NCBI RefSeq assembly: GCF_037042905.1
Contig: NC_087245.1
Location: 38,690,001-38,754,000, forward strand
Length of the DNA: 64,000 nt
DNA from: Lytechinus pictus
Taxonomy: Eukaryota
Direction: 5' to 3'
The translations under genes and the position numbers were made by a program. Below the pieces are notes generated by a model. That model searched no databases, had not been told where the DNA came from, and saw only the letters and a program-made list of their open reading frames with translations. Numbering within the stretch: position 1 is the first letter of the stretch; each line of letters starts with the position of its first letter. This document shows, one piece after another, positions 12,201-27,200 of the stretch.

Positions 12201-15200
12201 CTCACCTGCATTACGCGATTAAATATAGCAGCAGTGCTGACTTTGACAACTACTATAAAATAATTATTCACAAAAAACACCATTCATATAATGATACAAT
12301 ACAACATTCATTGACAATAAATGACATTTGACCTTGATCATGCGACCTTAGACTTGCCAGTGATACTTGATTACCCCAAAGTCCACAATTCATAAACTAT
12401 ATCCATAAACTTTGAAAGTTATGACAATTCAATAATTACCTCCAACATGACCAAAGTTCATTGACCTTAATGACCTTTGACATGTGACCTGAAACTCGCA
12501 CAGGATATTCAGTGATACTTGATTACTCTTACGTCCAAGTTTTATGAACTAGACCAATACAATTTCAGAGTTATGATGGTAATTCAACAAATACCCCCAA
12601 AATGGCCAAAGTTCATTAACCTTAAATGACCTTTGACCTTGGTCAAGTGACCTGAAACTCGCACAGGATGTTCAGTGATACTTGATTAACCTTATGTCCA
12701 AGTTTTATGAACTAGATCCATAAACCTTGAAAGTTATGATGGTAATTCAACAAATACCCCAACTTGGCCAAAAACTTAACCTTAGGTTAAGATTTCGATA
12801 TTGACTCCCCCAACATGGTCTAAGTTCATTGACCCTAAATGACCTTTGACCTAGTCATGTGACCTGAAACTCAGGCAGGATGTTTAGTAATACTTGATTA
12901 AACTTATGTCCAAGGTTCATGAACTAGGTCCACATACTTTCTAAGTTATGCTGTCATCTCAAAAACTTAACCTTCGGTTAAGATTTGATGTTGACGCCGC
13001 CACCGCCGTCGTCGGAAAAGCGGCGCCTATAGTCTCACTCTGCTATGCAGGTGAGACAAAAACAAATAAAGTATTTGGAAAAAAAAGAGGTATTCTAACA
13101 AATTATCGTACAATCACTTACCTGATCTACCCATGCCTGTGAAGCTAGAAGAACAAAAAAGATGGAGGAATTAAATGACCATGAAGCCAATTCCAGTGAA
13201 ATTATTATTCATGTAAACATTTATGCTCACATCTTCATGTACATGTACCTTTGCCATGCCTTAATAAAATACTATAACCCTTTTCAATGGAACAGATTAA
13301 ATCTATTAATTGACAGGGGCAGCACCTAGGTGGTCGGGGGGCAAATACCCCTCTGATTTTTAAGAAAAGAAGAAATGAGAAAGATAACAAAAGTAATAGA
13401 AGGAAAAGGAAGAAAGAAAAGGTTACTTAAAACAAAAAGGTCTGTGTTGTGTAGATCTATAAAACACTCAAAATTCAATTTAGATTGAGAAGGGAAAATC
13501 AGTTTTAGGTCGTTTTGCAGACCCCCCCCCCCCCAATCAAAATACCTTAGTGCCGCCCCTCTGACTTCGATACATATCTGGGGATGTTAATGTTGAGTTA
13601 ATATATATTCCCTTGAGATTTTTAACCCATTCAGAATGAAATGAAAACATAGGTGAAATCTGACCTTTCTCTCTTGAAATGTTTGTTGTTAACCATATGA
13701 AAGCAAAGTTTTTGTATTCCTCAAAATTTGATATGGGTTAAATAAAGTTCACCCCCATTATGATAATACAGAAGAAAAGAAATTGTGTGTTTCTTTCGAC
13801 ACAGAAAATGACAGAAGTAAAGTTGTACATAAACTTATGAGCACCTTTTAGGAAAACATCCACCAGAGTGTAAATAGTAATTAAAGTATTACGTGGAAAG
13901 GGAACACAAAACATGCTTAAAATAGTCTATGTAACATTGAAGGTTATTTCCCAATGACCCAGATTATGAAATAAATGCAAGGTGGTACCAGTAAGGTCGG
14001 TATATGAAAAAATACAGAAATATCAGAGGTGACAGGAAGGAAATATGCACAAAACACCACGATAAATTTTACAGATACTTTATCTACCAATGTATCAAAC
14101 TATCACAGCAAACTGAACCATCAAACACTGTTTCACAACCAGAGCAAAAATGAATAGGCGAATATAGAATACAGGAAAAAAAAATGCATAGATTTACTGT
14201 TTGTGTGCAAATATTAGATGTAGTTCTGTAATGCAAAACAATATGAACTTTAAGGGGGATACGGTAATTTGTTTGTACCAGTAATTTTTATCTTCATGTA
14301 ATGTGTGGAATCAAGCCAGCAAAAGTAAAAAAATAAAATAAAAATAAAAACATCATGTCAAGGTATGACCAGTACAACATTAAAATCAAGTTTGAGACAG
14401 GCAACCACAACATTCACATGGCTCATTTTTCGCCAGCTTTAATTAAAGGTAATTTGCCAACAAAAAACAACATCATGTAAGAGACAAGCAAGATCAGATG
14501 CAAGATATCACCAACAAAACAAATGAGCTATAGAAATAATTTCAAAAACTTCAGGATATTACACAAAGGCACGTTAAGAATTCTCAAGGTTCCATGTCAT
14601 CAAGTCTTCAGCCAGTAGATTCAACTCCAGGAAAAAGAGACAGGATGCGTCACTTGTTTTGCCAAGAAGTTTTGTCAAGATCTGGTCAACACCTAGAACC
14701 CTGTAGGTCTCTGAATACTTCATGCTGTTTCCTACTAATGACCTCGCTTGTAGCCCTAGCTGTCCTAGCTTGAAGCAGAAGCCCAAGTCTTAAAGTCAGA
14801 TGTGATGATAATCGAATAGAAAAAACAGTACCTGAGCTGCTCTACAATGTTTCAGGTCTAACAAGAGGTTTCTCTTACGTCATCTCTAAGACGTGGTTAG
14901 AGTCTCTAAACAGTTCATGCCCTTGACAGAATAGACCAGTCAGTACCTGGATTGCTGAACAGTCTTAGGTCTAACAAAAGGGTTCTCTTGATTGAGTCAC
15001 TTCAAAGATCTGGTCTCTAAACAGTCAACGTTCTTTCCTACAAATGACATCTATTGTAGCTTAAAGCTATAGAACAAGTCTAAAAGGTCTGATTATGATT
15101 GGAGATTGGACTCAAATAGAAAGACCAGTACCTGGGTTGCTGAACAATGTCTTAGGTCTAACAGGAGGTTTTTCCTGAGTCATCTCAAAGATCTGATCAA

Positions 15201-18200
15201 CGTCCATACTGTCAGCCTCACTGGAAGGGGTCGACTTGCTGGAACCCTCCACTTCTCCTCCTGTACTTGAACTCTTACGCAACTTTCGGGCTGAAGATTG
15301 TCAAAGTACAAATTCAAAAGTGAACCAATGGAAATAAGAAAAATTATTATTCATTAGATACCATTATGAATTATATTTTTCAAAATTTTCAAGGTTTATA
15401 ACCTATGATTAAACCATGCACAGGTAAAACTAATAAGAAGCGATGAACAAATCCCCAAGCAGTAAATTCATGCATTTTTTTCCAAACTCTGGTAACCTCA
15501 CCCTATATTTTTAATATTGAATTGCAGATAAATGTAGAAAATGTTAAGAAACTTGGTATTACCGAGGAAAAATAAATATTGCATAAATAACAATGAATAT
15601 CAAATGTTTCTTCCATATGTATTTGCTTTACTGCCTATTGGAAATTAAGTAAAAATGCAAAACTATAAGATTAAGATTCTATACTCAATTACATATTTTG
15701 CATTCAATTGATGGCCCATTCTGGGTCACGTGTGTGACCGAAATTAAGACAAATATTGACTTTAATTAGTTATAAATCTAAAAATTTTAGAGATTTATAA
15801 CTTATCACGATGAATTTGAAAGTTTGATTACATTTAGACATTCACAGGAATTTCATAATGAAAATAAACTTTCAAAATCATACTTCTGTGTGAAGTCACA
15901 CACGTGACCCACTTCTTTTGACCTCTGACCTTGAACCTGCATATTGAAGACAGCAAAATATATTTCCAAACGATAGCTGACTACACATGTTAATGTTAAA
16001 ATAACTTTGAATTACTAAATGTCTAGAATTTTGAGATTTAAAACTAATCAAAGTCAGGAATCGTCATAATTTCGGTCACATACATGGCCAAGAATGGCCC
16101 TGATGTGCAATTCTAGTGTTACAAATTCTACCAGCAGCTCAGAGCCAGCTACGCTACAGCAAAGCAGATCAGAATGTTAAATATATTCCAGTAGATATTT
16201 AAAGTGGATCTATAAGGAATTTTTATAAGCTAGTCATTTGGAGTTGGTTTACCGATGAAAAAAATAAATTGATTCAAAATAATTTCTGAAACTGTGCAAA
16301 TAAAAATAAACTGAAATCATGTCAGATATAAACTACAGATTATTTGACATGGCTTGTTATACAATTAATGCAAGTTATTAATTGACTATTGTCAAATAAA
16401 ACAGGGAGGGAGGAAATCAGGTTTATAGTAACTACATGTAACCGAAGCCTTTGTATTAAAACTCTCCCGACTTGTTCTTTGATTATTTTTTTTTTTAAAC
16501 TTCATCAATAATTTTCTTTAATTCATCTGGATTTATTACTAACAACTTTGATCTTATTAGGGTGAACTTCCCCTTTTAACTTATATTAATCCAAAGCTAT
16601 CAAAGGCAATGGCTGGGGTGGTATTGATTGGCATTGATGCTCCTCTCATTGGCTTTAGAGCCTTTTGTCCCCTCTTTCCACTTGTGCTGTAATATAGAAA
16701 TGTGCATGGTATGACACAATTGAATACCTGCTAGGGTGTGTAATTTTATTTGTATAGTCTTTTTTTCTAAATGTAGAATCATGGCACATGAAAGTACTCA
16801 AGTTACTTTCAGTGCAAGAATAAAGTGTTGGTGTAAATTATGTAAATTTTTTCATTACCGGTACATTTATGTAGTTAGAAATTTCATGCAAAACAACAAC
16901 AACACACAAACTAAAGAGTCAACCAACACCTACTATTAATATACCAACACCAACTATTAATACGCAAGCCAACAAAAATCATAGGACAGCAATCAAGAGC
17001 AAAGCCAAAGAAAATTTCATGAGTCGCATGAAATATCAAGCAGATATAAATATCATTATTAACCATATCAGACATCTGAGCAGGGAAACTTAAATACATT
17101 ATGGCCTGCTTGTGACTGTGATCAAATGGTCGGTCAATAAGTGCCACGGACCCAATTTATTGCCCAATCAGGAAATTCAATGAGAAAATGCGTGGAAATG
17201 TAGCGGGCAATAGGCAAAGCTAATTAATATCCGCGTATTCTATGCATCCTATTGAACCGCGCAGTGCTATGCGTCATAATGTTAATTAGGTAATGCGTCA
17301 TTTCAATCACATCACAATGGTAAAGTTAAGAGGCCCAATCTGCTCAACATGACACAATAGATTCCCATTCTTAAACTGTAAAATATCTAAATTTTCACGA
17401 TTTTTGCTCTAGATGTCTGATTTGGATAATAATGAAAATATTGGCTGGCTTTTCTTTCGAGGAACATAAAATAGATTTGCCCTTAAAAGATCCATCTTGC
17501 CCTCCTCTAACGACTCGGGCCAATATGCTTCTATTTCGGGCAATATATTTGATGTTCCCGTCAGGCCAGTCAATATTATATAATTAGTTGCACTATTGAT
17601 ACCATGATATAAATATGAATGCTCATTTTGCAATTCCACAATAACCAAAAGTTCCTGAATGTAGCATACTACATGAATTAGCCGTTCACTCTGTGCACTG
17701 TGCTAGAATTTCTACTTCTTGTTCAGTGATGTGTGACCCAACAACTTCCGATCATCTCGTACCGGAGCGACCGCTAGTTTTGTCACATCCGACTTTGCAC
17801 CATGTTCTTAAAGGGATGGTCCAGGCTGGATATATTATTCTCAATAAATAGAGTAATATTCACAAAGCAAAATGCTGAAAATTTGATCAAAAACGGATAA
17901 CAAATAACAAAGTTATTGAATTTTGAAGATTTGCATTATTCCGGTGAAAGAGTTCAAGGCAAGTCTTCATGAATATTCATTAGGTGGGCTGATGATGTCA
18001 TATCCCCACTTAAACTCTTATATTTTGAGGAGAAATCATCATAAAACTTGTTGTTGTATTGTATTATCCCTCTTGCTGTAATCTTATTGCCTTCAAGCTA
18101 CCAGAAGTTATTGGGTCACCCAAGTAAACGGCATGAGCTACATCTGGGAACTGGGTTATTGTCGATAGCAAGAATTGTTGATAAAAGTTGATAAATTTAT

Positions 18201-21200
18201 CAAACAAGAGTTAATTCAAACATATACTCTGACACCAAGTATGAAGAGGTTTAAAAGTCCTATATAGTGTGACAAATTATGATCATTGACAATGACCAAA
18301 TTCACGATTTCTGCGTGATATATAATAATAATTTTTTTCAAATGGAACATTCAATTATCTGCAAAAGTGCAATAACTGTAACAAGAATTCAGAGAAGTCT
18401 AGAATTTTTAGTAAACCATCACTGCTAAGCTACATAGCTGAACATTTTATCAAACACAGGGTGAAAATATATAACAAAATGCAAACAAAGTGCAAACAAA
18501 ATATCTATATTCAATATTTTGAGTAGAATAATAAAAATAGATGTCCACAGCAAACTTTATATCATTATATTACTAGTAAAACAAAGGACACAGAACAGAT
18601 ACAAAGAACTTCAGAGGTTACAACTTGTCTGAAATAAATAATAGGATGCATAGAAAAAACAGTAACATACATAGTCAAACATGAAGATAAAAACTGGAGC
18701 AATCTAAACTACATCCAGATCAAATAAATATTTCCACACTCTCTAGATCTGAAATCATAAATGTCTATTTATTTCCCCCCCTTAAGAATGGATGGGTGGG
18801 TGGATGGATGAATGGTTAAAACAAAATGACTAACAAAGTATTTTTTAAAAATTAAATACTTGACACACAGAATCCACAAGAAACCCATTTAGACAAAGAT
18901 ATGGATTATGGACGACTCTGAATTTGCAAACATGAAGATACATACACTTGAAAGCAAGTAAACTTTCAAAGGGGGGTTAAAATGTGAGCCTTATCTCAAT
19001 AACAAAAGTACATGATTCATTTTTTTTTAAATACTTTCATTAATTCACATTAATTCAATTTCCTATACAGTTTTGTTCTGCTTATTTCATAATTTATTTT
19101 TCCAGGTGGGGGGGGGGGGGGGTAGGTGGAAATAAATCATTTCTTTTGACTGTCATAGGGAAGGAGATTTGATTGATAGCAATAATTTAGAGTGTTGAAT
19201 GCAGGATCTTCATAAAAATGTAAAAGTAAGAGGGGTTGGTTTTTTTTTAGACCAACAGAGTACTATGGGCCAATATAAACCCCCTTTTCCTGGGGAATGA
19301 AATTAAATTCCAAAATTTATTCCGAAACTGTAAAATCATGCAATTATTGATAGTAGTAGTGATGCTAAAGACAGTAGAATAAAGGTGCAAATAAAATCAC
19401 AATCAGGCACAAACAAGAAAGGTAAAAAAAAATCAGGAATAAAAGATTGATCACGACATTCACAAACAAAAACAGGGAGATAAAATGAATAAAGGAAAAA
19501 ATAAATCAATCAATTAGTCTGATGCAAAATTATCACAATACATACTCAAAGTCGGTCTTTCATAAAACAATATCAAATTAAAGGCATGCTTTTGCTGTAC
19601 AATTTACACATGGCATGTACTTGCAGATTTGTCAATTTGTCTAAATTTTAATCAATGGTAACTCCATCCTCACCCTGACGTTGACAGTGACACCTCAATC
19701 CCACCCCCCCCCCAATTTCCCTCCAATGCCTCCCCTGTTTCCTGTACCACATGCTTCACTTTTAATATTCATAAAGCTGACAAATATCAATTAATCATTG
19801 CATTGGCACAAAAATTTATCAAAATTTTTTTATGAAATTTTTTTATCAATTAAAATACGAAACCAAATTAGGTAACAAAACTCTGATCTGTCTTAAGTTG
19901 TAAATATTGCAAATTTACCTTGATTATGACTTCATGATTTAATAAAACATACTTGTAAATATAAAAAATAAAAAGACAATGTGATTAGGAGGAGGTTGGG
20001 GTGGGGCACACATGTACATACTCATTATTGTAATCAGTAAAAGAGGGGGGGGGGTAGGCAAAGGGAACAATTGTGTTAAACTCAAAACAGCATGCCATAC
20101 CATATTCATATTCATTAATCGTACATATTGAACAGTGATGGACTCATTCATAAAGTTAATCAAAATGCTCAACATGATCCAATGCTTTACAATAAAGTGT
20201 AAGTGCTAAAAAATGTAGCATGGCTGTTATAGAGTGAGCATGCGTATTAAAAACAAGTTCATGAACATTCAATAAGCTGTCATAACAAATGCAGCCAGTG
20301 TCATCATGGACTTTGAAAAAAAATACAAGGTGGATTTGAAAAGAAAATTGAAAGTTTGATTTTTAAAAAAATGAATGGAGTAGTACTGAATGGAATATTT
20401 CTCTTAATACCGACCCAGAAATGTTCATAAACACAAGGAGACTTTGTGCATGATTTCATTCAATTAGTTTTGAAGCAAGCATATCTGTAAGATTGATGCA
20501 ATGGGGTGGCAAGGAGTGTGTAAATGGTTTTTTTTTCTCATTCGAAGCACAAGAATTATTCAAGCTTGTGAAAGTATGATGCAAATTTGAACTAAAAATT
20601 TATGTACAACATTTATACAGGTGCAGAACCAGTTGGATTAGACATGATAGTTTGAAGGGGCCGACTATTGTGCACAGACAATATGTCCCCTGAAATGAAA
20701 TTATGTTTAACCCATCTGGATTGATTGATTGATTGATTGGTGGGGATTTTTTACCTGATTGCTAAGAAAGCATGAATGCTTGTAAGCAAGCAACCAGAGG
20801 ACCGACGGCTTAAGGTCCTCTCCGAAGGATCTGCTATGCTTTCTCATTTTTTTTTCTCTCTTTTAATTAAGCAGTTATTTAGGAATTTCTTTTTATTGCT
20901 TTGAATTAAAGTACATTCAAGGATTAAACTAAAGTTATAAGGAACATTCTCTCTCATAAAATTGGGTTTACAAGTGTGTCATATTTCTTTTCATTTTTAG
21001 GACATATGTCATCGCAAATTTCATTCACAAGCCATAGGACATTTCATGTACGAAAAGTATGATTGAAATGGGAGCTCCATTTCTCCCTTCTGTATAAATG
21101 ATATAAACAATATGTAAAATCATTTTTAGCCTACACTGTACATAAAAAAATCATTAAATCACCAATTGGTGATTTTAAGTGTGGTGTTGAACTTTGGGTG

Positions 21201-24200
21201 TTAGTGGTTGGCCAATTGTTATATCGGCATAGCACCAAACTTAAGATGGATCCAGTCCTTGACAAATCTCAATTGGTGCTAAGCTATCTATAATGTGATT
21301 TGGACCATTGAAAAACAACCTTTTATCAAGTGTTTGATAAGAGGCTTTTTTTTAATCTGAATTGTGCTTCCAACATCAACCCCAGCACCCAACACCAAAA
21401 TTGAAAACACCCAATGAGTGAGAAATAAGTAGCATATTTTCTTGTAGCTTTACAATGACCCATTACAAATCTGTTTTACTCACCTTTCAATTGGGCCTGT
21501 TCATACTTGATCTTCTTCATGTTTGCTATCCAGGGTCGTTCATACCCTCTATCCACCCCAAATTTACCTGCAACAGCTAAAGTATGAAAGAACCAGAATA
21601 GGAAGAAAAGAAAAAAAAGGAAATGATTCTTTATCCCATTTTCAATATCATGATTCCTAATTAAGTGCCCAAAATTTATAGATAGATAGGCCTATAATTC
21701 TTTTAATCAATGATCAACATTACTGTATTCCTCTTATTTTGTTGCCCCTCCCCCTTCACTTGTGCTCATTGAGCATCTCTTAACGAGATGGATATGGTGC
21801 CTCATAAAGTTATGAGAGGACATGTAATAGAGGTTTCACAAAATTTTATAATGGATGAATTGTTTGTCATGTATCAATAGAATGAGTAAAAGAGAGATAT
21901 TTTGGGGTATAATTTAAGTTTCCAAACGGGAGAGTTATACAAGTGTGACATCCCAGACATTGTTTGCATTGCCAATAGGAGGATCTCCATAGCAGTAGTA
22001 ATCTGGGCATTTAAATGCTTGTAACTTTCTTTAATACTGCTTGTCGATTTTACTAAAACTTTCATTGATCTATTTTTTTTCTGCTTTCACAGAAGCTAAC
22101 TTGCTCAAATGGGTTCACTCTCCTTTAAAGATACACAAACTTAAAGGACAAGTCCACCCCGACAAAAAGTTGATTTGAATAAAAAGAGAAAAATCCAACA
22201 ATCATAACACTGAAAATGTCATCAAAATCGGATGTAAAATAAGAAAGTTATGACATTTTAAAGTTTCCCTTAATTTCACACAACAGTTATATGCACACCC
22301 TGGCCAGTATGCAAATGAGGGGACTGATGATATCACGCACTCACTATTTCTTTTGTATTTCATTATCTGAAATATGAAATATTCTGATTTTCTCACCCAT
22401 GTCATTTGAAATCGAGCTTTATTCCTCCCTGAACTTGTGGAATTAACATTGTTGAACATTATGTAAGTCAGTCAAGTTTTACATTATTGTCAATTTTGTA
22501 TAAATTGAAATATTGTATAATTCAAACAATAAAAAACAAAAGAAATAGTGAGTGATAGACATCATAGACTCTCGCATTTGCATATTACTGAGTTGTGCAT
22601 ATAACTGTTTTGAGAAAAATATGCGAAACTTTAAAATGTCACAACTTTCTTATTTTACATCCGATTTTGATGAAGTTTTCAGTGTCGTGCTTGTTAGATT
22701 TTTCTCTATATATTCAAATCAACATTTTCTGGGGTGGACTTGACCTTTAAGCTTTAATCACAATATCAATGAGGGGTATACTTCCTTCTGCTGGATATTG
22801 TATCCTTGGCAATGATTAACTAGTCAAATTATGTGAAATATGCTTAATCCAGTAACTAAAAGATGCATGCAATATACATGAAGGCCTCAGAATAGAATAT
22901 GTGCTATAAACTATTGATATCTTCTCGATAAGACTGAACTAGAAATAAGGTGATTATTACCCAGCCATATGCTGTTACCACGTTAATGTAGTTTCCAATA
23001 CATTTAGAAAATTTAATCTTGCATACCCCAAGATGAATATTTGTGCCAACTATCATGAGCACTGGCTAAAAACTGAAAAAGTAGTTCAAAACACAAGATT
23101 ATTACCTTATTTTCACCATATAATATGTTGTTACCATGACAACAAACACACAAAAATATGTCTTGCACATCTTTACCCCAAAACTAATGTGTGAGCCAAT
23201 ATTCATGAGAATTGGAAGGAAAATTGATGAAGTAGCTCAAACCACAAGATTTTTACCTAATTTTTGCAAAATGTTGTTACCATAGCAACAAACTTCATTG
23301 TTGGGGTATAATATACAATGAATGTTTATGAGTGCAATGGACAGAATACTTCATGAGGTGACAGATAAAATGAACCATTCAACAAGGCATAACCGAGTTG
23401 AATTGATCATCATCATTCATTTCATCTTTCACCGAATGATGTATTCTGTCCATTGTACTCATAAACATTCATTATTTGATTTATATGACACCTTTATAAC
23501 ATACATCCCTTTTCATTTGAAATTTATTCATTTTGATGCAAAATAATGCTCATGCAGTGCGAGATTGGTCTGTTGATTGTCACATACAAGACGTGCACTG
23601 CAAGTGTAAAACTTAGTATGGTGCCTGCTTTCTCGGTGCGCACGTGCAATGGACAAAAAGGTATGGATCCAAACTTGCACGATGAATGGATCCAAAATTG
23701 CACAGATAATGACGTCATTGTAAATTGGACTGAATGATCGATATCAAACAACCAATCAAATCACAAGGATCTATCTAGGTGTCATATAAAGAAAACTTCT
23801 CCAGACCAATTATGTAGATAGTGCATTTTACATTCAAACGCTTGGAACCAATTGCAATTGATCCACATCAAAATTTGTTTCAATTACCAAATGTCTCATA
23901 AACAAGAGGTTCTTAAAACCATGAACTACCAAAAATGAATACAAATTGAGCATGACTCAATGTTTTATTTATTGATCTTTTAGAGAGAAAACAATTTTCA
24001 GACCCAAAATTCTGATTTTGTGAATACCATGAATGAATATCCTTTTAAATTTTTGTCATAAATAAAAAATGCTGAAATTATATACATGTATATTTTATGG
24101 ACAACTACAGTACACTGGCTGATAGAGCAAAGAGGGTTGATTATAAACAACATGCAAAGGAACACGTAAATCTACAATATCTATTAAAAAACCCTTGTTG

Positions 24201-27200
24201 CATTTAAGAATATATGCCACACTTTTAGAAGTTTTGGGGGTTTGGGGGGATTATATGACACTTGCATAAAATATTGTGACATTACATAATGAATAATGAG
24301 CAAATGTGTTGTTCTTTTACAAAAATATACTTCAAAATGATTATTAATATATGTATGCATGCAAAAGAAAAAAAAGTATAAGAAACATTTCTGTACAAAC
24401 AGCTCTAACCCTACTGTGGAAACATCTGAAGAACAATATTGGAGGTAAATATTCGAAATCCACTTTTTCTAACCCCACTTATCCAGTCCAACATGAACCG
24501 AAAGCAAAATCAAGATGCATCACTGACTGAGAAATGATTTAATTTAAAAAAAACTGTACTGGGACTTGAATCAGAAAACCACTGACCAAACAGCCATTTC
24601 AAATATTATAAATTATTATATCAGCCTATTACACAGTTATTTCTGAGCTTCACTGCTTACATGCACCCAATTCTTACTTTTCTTTAAAAAAAAAAATTCA
24701 GAAAGTATAAATTATTATCAAACAAGCTTTCCCCTTTTTTCTTAAACAAGAGTGGGAACAGTTATTTGTAATAAGCAGAGAAATAAAACAATGTGTATCA
24801 AACACCCAAATTTTAATATATTCATGAAGAATTTATAACACAAATAAAGCAGAGTGGGAATTTCTTCAATCAAAGAGAATGTCCGATGTCCTCTGTGCCA
24901 AACTATAGACATTCAAAAGTGCGGAGGGGAAGGGACAGAGGGTCGGGCCTATCCCTATTTTAAAAGCAGGTATTACATCTTCAAGCCAGGGCACTGGGTA
25001 TTATTGTTTTTACAAAAGATGCTGAAATAACCTTGACAATGCAACAACAACAAATGTTTCACACACAAAAAAGATTTAAGTAAAATGAAGGTCATTTTGG
25101 TCCCGAGAAATTTGACAAGCAAAAAAAAAATCTTGAGCTGCTGTGCACCCCGCTTCCAAGGGCCATGCTACAAACATGGTACAATAGACAACTTACACGT
25201 ATCTAGCTCTCTATATATCTATTCGTGAAATTAGACTGATAATGATTTCAAGAAACATGATTTTCAAAAAACAAGATTAAATGAAATGAATATAATTTGG
25301 TGAATATATAACAGGAAGTCACTGCAGAATAAAAACAACAAAAAACATACAGAAATAAACACACCACACACACACATGATATATATGCAGGCTATGTACA
25401 TTTGACAGAAATATTTGCTTTCACGAGCAGCTTTCATCAACCATTGATCTACATGTATGGCTTAATAATCTGCTGCAGACTTACGCTTGTCCTTCATTGT
25501 ATTCGAGACCCATGGTCTTTGATGGCCTCTATCCGCTCCACGGGGAGCAGCTAAAAGATGATTGAACATACGTGTAAGAATTGATAAAAATTAATATTTG
25601 ATCAGAGTTAGTTTTGGCAGAAATGTAAGAAGTTAATTTTCTCTGCATATTCCTCTAAAACTTGCTATACTTGTAGGCTGCAGCCCTTGGTTTTGCCTGA
25701 TTTATGTTAGTAAACCAAGGGGGAAAAACAGAAATTAGCCAGAAGTGTTGAATTACTGAGTCCACTGTTATGTAAATTAATTTACATAGATGGTGGTCTG
25801 AACTGAGCAATAACCATGAATTTAGTGACCAGTGAGAAAAAGTTGCATTTATTAGTTAGGCCTCATCCCAATCCACGTATTGAATCAAGCATTCTAAATC
25901 AAGCACGATTAAACCACCCATTTGAAACAACATTTGTGACTTGAAGTATAAAGGATCTAAGTATTAGAATCCAACTTCATTCCAAGTTTTTAAAGAAGCT
26001 GAAAAAATCCATCTCCTGTTGTCAAGATGGATTGTAATAAACACATATAAATTGCTAAATTGCTGTGGAGGAATTTCAAAAAATATAATACTAAATCCAT
26101 TAAAAAATAAGAACAGAACCAAAACAACCCGCTCTAGCTTCATTTTAACCAGCTTTTTATAATTCATCAATATAGCCTTGTTCACTACATAAAAGTATAG
26201 TTTAAAAACCAAGGTTGTTCTTAATGGCCCTGTCAGAGGCTTCTCAGACATAGCAACAAGTAATGTGTGCATTCTGAAATTACAAGTACTGTAGCTAATA
26301 CATCAATGGTAGGTCAATGGAATACCTCATAATTAGCAGGAAAGGTTAATCATAGAATACATTATAACTAGCAGGAAAGAAATATTGATCAATGATAATT
26401 TGATATAATTGAATATTTCAATAGACATATCTATTGGTCTTCTTATCGGCTGGCTGTCAGAAGAGTGTTTGGATTTATGCGTACACCAATTCCAATTCCT
26501 GTCGTTCAGACAGAGAGGCGTCCACTGTACATTTCAAATAGCTTGTGCTTGAACACCCTTATGTCAGCCACTCAGGAATTGCAAATTGTCTTGCACACAA
26601 ACCTACTGACCCCTTCCACCCTTCTACCAGCCAGGCGACGTGATGTTTATCTGTTTTATTCGGCTCCATGAATGACATTTGCTCCGGCAACCATTGCTAC
26701 GATGGAAAATCTGCACGTTAAGCCAAACATAAAAGCTAACCTCCAAAACTGAATAAACCCTTATCCTCATATATTTAAATTATTCTGAACAAAAAAACTT
26801 GACTACAATCATACTCTAACCCTATGCCCTCTGAGATATTACGACCAGAGCAAATGTCGCCGGAGTAAATGTTGTGTCACCGTTTTATTCACTGTCAGTG
26901 GCAAGATATGGTACTTACTTCCAGGTTGCCATGCGTATCCAGGTGAAGAGGGGCTTCCTCCCTTGGCTCCTGAGGGCTCCTTGGCTAGGTTGGAGGTGGA
27001 TCTGCTCAGCTGTCCAGTGCTCCTTGACAGGGGTGGGTTCTTCCGAAGCGAGGAAGTGCTCTGCGTCAGGGGATCCTTGGGTCGCACCCTTGGAGTCTTG
27101 GACAGTCCGGGTGTCAGGGGCTTTGTCTTCGGGGCCAGGGGATTTTCCTGGAACTTAAAAAAATGTAAATTCCAGTTGTGGTAGATGTCAGAAAATGAAC

